IMG/VR virus record: IMGVR_UViG_3300003690_000004
From: an uncultured virus (IMG/VR IMGVR_UViG_3300003690_000004)
Taxonomy: Duplodnaviria > Heunggongvirae > Uroviricota > Caudoviricetes
DNA length: 20,000 nt
Strand: one strand, 5' to 3'
Positions within the stretch are counted from its first letter, which is position 1. Every line of letters begins with the position of its first letter. Shown here one piece after another: positions 15,960 to 20,000 of the stretch. The notes under the pieces were generated by a model. It searched no databases. It was not told where the DNA came from and worked only from the letters and a program-made list of their open reading frames with translations. The position numbers and the translations under genes are program-made.

Positions 15960-16331
15960 AAAAAAAGGGGGGGTCGAGGGGGCTCACCGTGTCGGCTTTC
16001 CCCGGTTTCCCGGGCACCCCCCCGACCTTATGTGTCCGCTCATCACACGACCTCGCGCCGATGATTTCAGCCCCCGTAATCTCCCTCGGTTCCGTGCGCG
16101 ATTCCGGAGCCGTTGCCCGTGCATCTCAACCTTCGGATTTTCGCCCGGTGGATTCCTCCTGAGAATCCCAGCCTCATCTGATACAGGGGTTAAACGGTTT
16201 CCCATTCTCCCTCGCACACTTCGCCGACAGATTTTCGGGGATTGATTTCATCAACGGTCGCTCGTGTGGTGCGGCCTATTGCTCCGCTCTCGCGGAGGAC
16301 ACGCGTGTGACGGGCTCACGGACCTCGATAA
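15960..16331 (-). ncRNA. Candidate structured RNA 3' of DUF932 (~370 nt)
   Basis: GNRA-capped hairpins, long-range closing stem, terminal stem followed by T7. Confidence 0.6.
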
Positions 16332-17462
16332 TCAGAGGTACATTTCCGTGAGAATTCTCATCGCCTTTTCCTTGCGTTGCTTACCGTGCCTGAACACGGC
16401 CGATTCGTCGCGGCGAAGTTTTGCCTTCCCCGCATTCTTTCCGGACTTGATGATTCTTGCTTCGTGGTCAACCCACTCGGTCACGACATTGATTCCCTGC
16501 CATGCCGTGTCGTTCATCTGTCCGATTCGGTTTGACTTCCGCTTCTTGATGCTGTTCAATTCCTTGAGTCGCCTCTTGGATGAAGTCACCAATTGCCCGC
16601 GCTTGCTGTGTTTTTCGCCCGCGCTATCCTTCTCCGGATAGGTCGAAAGGTCGAAGACCTCGATGAAAAATTCGTCCATCGCTTTCTTCGTCATTTTGAC
16701 TTGGATTAGGTCGTTGGCAATTACGCCGAATTCCTCGTGCCATTTCATAGCCCAACCGAAAGCCTCTCGCACATCATCCACGCGGTTCATCATATTCCCC
16801 GTGTGCCTGATGTTGAAGATTTCTTCCCTCGATTTTGCCTCTCCCAGCGCCATGCTGAGAGTGTTTTGGCATACAACGCGAACGGTGGTCGGAAGGACCT
16901 TGACTGAGCCTGTGCCATCGTGACTGTTCGTGAGCAGAACATAGAGGTCTTGACGGTCATCGTCGCCGATGTTTATTGAATGTGGAATTTTCGCCAACAT
17001 CCAAACCTTTTCCCCCTGCCCTAGAGCCCCCGCACAGTCAAAATTTGCCTCCTGCGATTGTACTAATTCGTCCATGAAAGTGAAGGCGTCGTGATTTTGG
17101 AGCGGTACATAAACCCGCCCAACAGCCTTCCCCTTGCGCGAGAGGGCGCGGCGGTCGCCGCCACCCTTTGCCTCACGATAGGTCATATATGTCTCAGGTG
17201 CTTCCAAAATTTCGGTTCGCTTGATAACGGGCGTCCCGTCCTTCTTTCGCTTGATGCGTCCTGTTGGGGTCCGCGCATACACGGGGACCTTTGCCTCAAG
17301 CGGCACCTTATGGACCGTCCAATCGAGATGTGCTAATTCAAGGCATTCCTGAGAAGTCATCAAGCCCGGGGTCGTTACCCCGAGGCGGTGCCACGGGGTC
17401 TGTCCCGAGCCGGTGACTACTTCGTAATTCCCGTCTGCGTCAACGCTGATATTTGCTACCAT
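16332..17462 (-). CDS. DUF932 family phage/plasmid protein (TIGR03299-like)
   Basis: TPWHRLG, LDWTV, YVPLQNHDAF, GALGQGEKVWMLAK, YVLLTNSHDGTGS, RVVCQNTL, IRHTG, TAWQGINVVTEWVDH motifs; AGGAG RBS. Confidence 0.9.
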   Translation of the reverse strand: MVANISVDADGNYEVVTGSGQTPWHRLGVTTPGLMTSQECLELAHLDWTVHKVPLEAKVPVYARTPTGRIKRKKDGTPVIKRTEILEAPETYMTYREAKGGGDRRALSRKGKAVGRVYVPLQNHDAFTFMDELVQSQEANFDCAGALGQGEKVWMLAKIPHSINIGDDDRQDLYVLLTNSHDGTGSVKVLPTTVRVVCQNTLSMALGEAKSREEIFNIRHTGNMMNRVDDVREAFGWAMKWHEEFGVIANDLIQVKMTKKAMDEFFIEVFDLSTYPEKDSAGEKHSKRGQLVTSSKRRLKELNSIKKRKSNRIGQMNDTAWQGINVVTEWVDHEARIIKSGKNAGKAKLRRDESAVFRHGKQRKEKAMRILTEMYL

Positions 17463-17820
17463 TGTTTTCTCTCCTGTCGGTTTGACTAGCGGCCACTTGA
17501 TGCTCAGGCGAGGCTCCCGAGCCTCACACCTTTCGCGTCACCGTACCACGGCTTCGGATTGGCACCTTTGGGAATTCCAGCCCTCATTTTTCTCCCCTCG
17601 GAGGTTCGCCGGTGGTCCTGTACCGATTGCAGTCGGTACGCCACCGACGGCCCCCCTTTGAGTGTACGCAGTCCTGCCCGGCCCTCGCGGGTCCCGGGGT
17701 CCTTTGCCTCGTACCGGAAATCAGAAGAATTCGCTAGTCGGATTCGTTACTGCCTTAGACGCTAAGGTCGTAGGCAGGAGGGTTTCTGAGGGGGGTATTT
17801 CGCCGCCCTTTTTCGCCCTC
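17463..17820 (-). ncRNA. Candidate structured 5' leader/RNA upstream of DUF932 (~360 nt)
   Basis: Begins at the predicted TSS of cassette copy 5; multiple hairpins; 8-bp long-range pair GACTAGCG/CGCTAGTC. Confidence 0.55.
17504..17587 (-). CDS. Possible 27-aa leader peptide (MRAGIPKGANPKPWYGDAKGVRLGSLA)
   Basis: GGGGAG RBS; start region nearly identical to that of the gene at 15558. Confidence 0.3.
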   Translation of the reverse strand: MRAGIPKGANPKPWYGDAKGVRLGSLA

Positions 17821-17839
17821 AGTTATCCATCCCTCTACT

Positions 17840-17883
17840 ACTATTTAAGGCTTCCTATTTCATGATTTATTAAAATTGTAACC
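17840..17883 (-). promoter_or_regulatory. Promoter cassette A copy 5
   Basis: GGTTACAATTTTAATAAATCATG-N11-CTTAAATAGT. Confidence 0.85.
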
Positions 17884-18433
17884 TGCGCTTATGAATCCTG
17901 CGGTTGATTTTGTAACTGAGCCCCCCACGCGGGCGTGAGGGATTTGGACCTCTAATATCCTGTTATCCGGCCGCGTCACACGCTCACGCGCGAGAGGCTC
18001 ACCTAATGAACATTCTGTTACTTAGTGTGCCGGAGGTTACTTAGTATCTATTTGGAAGTCCACCCCACCTCCCTCCCTGTGGTCTGTTTTGAGTGGTGGA
18101 TTTTACCGAACCGGTTCGGTTTTGTAACTCCGATTTTGTAACCGGGGGTTTCGCCCGTGGGAAACCACAAAATGTAACCTAGAAATTGTAACTTAGGATT
18201 TCAGCCCCCGAAATTTGAAATTTAGCAGACGGCGTTTTTGTAACCTCTTTAAGGCCCGTCGAAAAGAGCGAAAAAATTGTAACCGCGATTTTGTAACCTC
18301 GGCGGGGGCGCGGAGCCGGTGGCGGGAGTTACAATTTTGTAACTTGGTATTTTTTGTAACCCAAAACTCTTTAAGCCCCGAAATCCTGAGTTACAAAATT
18401 GTAACCCACGCAGGTTACAAAATTGTATCTTCA

Positions 18434-18455
18434 AAACCGTTGTACTGCGAGCCTG
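18434..18455. repeat. Motif B copy 2
   Basis: AAACCG-TTGT-ACTGCGAGCCTG. Confidence 0.75.
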
Positions 18456-18638
18456 TTTTCAAAAATTGTAACTTGGGAGCGAGCCCCCCCTGTACTCCCC
18501 TACTCAGAGCCACCGGCGCCGTCGAAGTTACAATTGGGGCGCAGTACAACGGTTTTTTTTGTAACCCCGATTTAGCGTAAAAATAACAGCCTCCCATGCG
18601 CATAAAATCCGAAGGCGGGGGTTGTTCATCGGCGTCAC

Positions 18639-18682
18639 AGTATGTAAAGGTGCCGATATCGTGACTTATAAAAATTGTAACC
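18639..18682 (-). promoter_or_regulatory. Promoter cassette A variant, leftward
   Basis: GGTTACAATTTTTATAAGTCACG-N11-TTTACATACT. Confidence 0.65.
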
Positions 18683-18726
18683 CCGGAATTGTAACCGCGA
18701 CCCGAAGTACAAAATTGTAACCCCCA

Positions 18727-18770
18727 AGTTACAATAAGCATAAGTCACGATATCATCACAGTGATATACT
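18727..18770 (+). promoter_or_regulatory. Promoter cassette A variant, rightward
   Basis: AGTTACAATAAGCATAAGTCACG-N11-GTGATATACT, then 19 nt to ATG 18790. Confidence 0.75.
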
Positions 18771-18789
18771 ATGCCGACGAGTCCCAACC

Positions 18790-19020
18790 ATGCAAACAGG
18801 ACCACAAGACGAGCCGATGACCGGACAGAACCCGACAGTCGAGGCCAACGGCTACATCATGCGATGGGAGCCAATGGACCCGTACCTTCACGATAGACTG
18901 TCGCTCGGAGCGGGTCAAGGCGACCGCATCAGTACCCCGAACGCCACCACGACGAACGACCTCGGAGAGTGCCCCGATGAGAACGACGGGTGCCCCTCCG
19001 TACAGTGGGGGGTGGCATGA
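18790..19020 (+). CDS. Leaderless acidic hypothetical protein (76 aa)
   Basis: ATG at the same TATA distance (19 nt) as the gene at 10937. Confidence 0.65.
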   Translation: MQTGPQDEPMTGQNPTVEANGYIMRWEPMDPYLHDRLSLGAGQGDRISTPNATTTNDLGECPDENDGCPSVQWGVA

Positions 19021-19193
19021 TGGCGGCGATAGATGACGCGCTTCAAGTCGTGCTGTGCCATAACCTCGTGTGGCTGATGGCATACACGGCGCTTGACTTC
19101 GGGGGGTGGTTGTGACCGGCGTATTGTAACCTCGGCAAATTCGGCCTTTTGTAACCGGGGCCCCTCTTTTCCTATCGAAAATCGGCGATATTA

Positions 19194-19249
19194 ATTGTAA
19201 CCCGGGTATTGTAACCCGGGTATTGTAACCTCGGAATTGTAACCGGGGA
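19194..19249 (+). repeat. 4 x 14-bp tandem repeat ATTGTAACCNNGG(T/A)
   Basis: Units at 19194, 19208, 19222, 19236. Confidence 0.9.
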
Positions 19250-19337
19250 TGATGCGGGAATTACACGGGTTAATAGCAGGCAAGCCCCCGGTCCCGGCTA
19301 ACCTCCGGCGTGGTCGGAGGGGACGGAGAACGACAAT

Positions 19338-19715
19338 ATGAACGAAAAAAATGAAGCAGAAACGACGACCGAAATAGGCCAAGTGTGCCCCGAGAAGACA
19401 TGGGTATGCAAGGAGTCCATCATCGGGACCCCATTGGCCGAAGGTGAGTATGAAACCTACACCTACCCCCACACATGGCGAATTGTAAGGTTCGGCAAGC
19501 AGGCCCGTAAGGACCTCGTGGGGCGTATCAAGTGGTTCGGGGAGCCCTACATCCGGCAGACCCCCGACCGCTCACTGAGAATGCCCTCAGTCATAGGCTG
19601 GGAATTGGGAGAGCGCACCCCCGCAGTGATAGGAGAATTACTCCTTCGCTGTGATGAATGCGACGCGCTGGGATATGCGAGTCTCTCGGGAGATATCCGA
19701 CTGAACGAGTCGTGA
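19338..19715 (+). CDS. Hypothetical protein with CxxC (125 aa)
   Basis: GGAG RBS; pyrimidine/T-rich terminator-like tract after the stop. Confidence 0.7.
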   Translation: MNEKNEAETTTEIGQVCPEKTWVCKESIIGTPLAEGEYETYTYPHTWRIVRFGKQARKDLVGRIKWFGEPYIRQTPDRSLRMPSVIGWELGERTPAVIGELLLRCDECDALGYASLSGDIRLNES

Positions 19716-19809
19716 TTCTCTCTTTCCTCTTTTTGAGAGGGGGACCCTCTTTTGACGGGTCTTTTTCCCTCTGAGGCCGGATAGGCGGAGTGCTGAAAAT
19801 GGACCTTAA

Positions 19810-19863
19810 TGCAGAAATGTTACTTAGTGCAGAAATGTTACTAGGTGCAGAAATGTTACTTAG
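19810..19863 (+). repeat. 3 x 18-bp tandem repeat TGCAGAAATGTTACT(TA/AG)G
   Basis: Units at 19810, 19828, 19846. Confidence 0.9.
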
Positions 19864-19936
19864 TGTGCCCGGACTCACCTATTCCGGATTCCGGAAGCAA
19901 AGTCGAAAACACTTATCAATAAATCCGGATTGTGGA

Positions 19937-19968
19937 AAACCGCTTGACTGCGAGCCTGCGCGAGCCTG
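19937..19968. repeat. Motif B copy 3 with duplicated GCGAGCCTG
   Basis: AAACCG-CTTG-ACTGCGAGCCTG-C-GCGAGCCTG. Confidence 0.75.
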
Positions 19969-20000
19969 CGAAAATAAAAAGGGCGATTCCAGCCTAATTA

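Larger units (their letters stand above)
17877..19249. repeat. Dense TGTAAC/GTTACA binding-site array (about 28 copies)
   Basis: Manual count; direct pairs at 14-bp spacing and palindromes GTTACA-N4-TGTAAC. Confidence 0.9.

Noticed and set aside
15880..16245. ORFs 15880..16245, 15882..16064, 15984..16217
   Set aside because: Low-complexity Arg/Gly/Pro translations overlapping regulatory motifs and RNA stems
256..17336. Plus-strand ORFs such as 1274..1912, 5673..6380, 6202..6717, 16264..16641
   Set aside because: Antisense shadows of well-coupled minus-strand genes; no RBS or family motifs
15960..17820. Group I/II intron or IS200/605-type element carrying DUF932
   Set aside because: No domain V or P7 consensus recognised, no RT, homing endonuclease, TnpB or transposase motifs, and no interrupted host gene
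7681..17883. 23-bp dispersed repeats as integron attC sites or CRISPR repeats
   Set aside because: Not palindromic like attC, 1-4 kb apart, no integrase, and fixed spacing to TATA/ATG is better explained as promoters
18215..18741. ORFs across the TGTAAC array (also 19191..19472 and 19591..19878)
   Set aside because: Their repetitive peptides (FCN, IVT, GYN, SNISAL) simply reflect the DNA repeats in several frames
17877..19863. CRISPR array or mini-array
   Set aside because: Repeats are 6-18 bp, irregular or directly tandem, in both orientations, with no 30-40 nt unique spacers; no cas genes

Overview
Most likely part of an archaeal virus or other mobile element. Evidence: GAGGTGA/GGAGG ribosome-binding sites, TTAAATA TATA boxes about 20 nt before leaderless ATGs, oligo-T terminators, and many CxxC microproteins. 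A euryarchaeal/Thermoplasmatota-type host is an inference only. From 1 to 17462 all convincing genes lie on the minus strand in tightly coupled operons. They include an MCM-like AAA+ ATPase lacking the normal N-terminal domain, a PAC2-like (proteasome assembly chaperone) protein, two winged-HTH proteins, DUF2958, DUF932 and dozens of small unknown or Zn-finger proteins. After 18790 genes switch to the plus strand. The non-coding DNA is the most interesting part. (i) A conserved 44-bp promoter cassette (GGTTACAA-N5-ATAA[A/G]TCA[C/T]G-N11-TATA) occurs 7 times and heads most transcription units from 7.7 kb onward. (ii) About 28 copies of its TGTAAC/GTTACA half-site are packed into 1.4 kb around the strand-divergence point, in direct 14-bp phase and as palindromes. 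(iii) Three ~350-nt GC-rich segments fold extensively on the minus strand, one before DUF2958 and one on each side of DUF932, and match no RNA family I recognise. (iv) A second dispersed motif, AAACCG-N4-ACTGCGAGCCTG, occurs three times. No capsid, integrase, tRNA, rRNA or CRISPR array was recognised. Family calls come from motif recognition by eye, not database searches.
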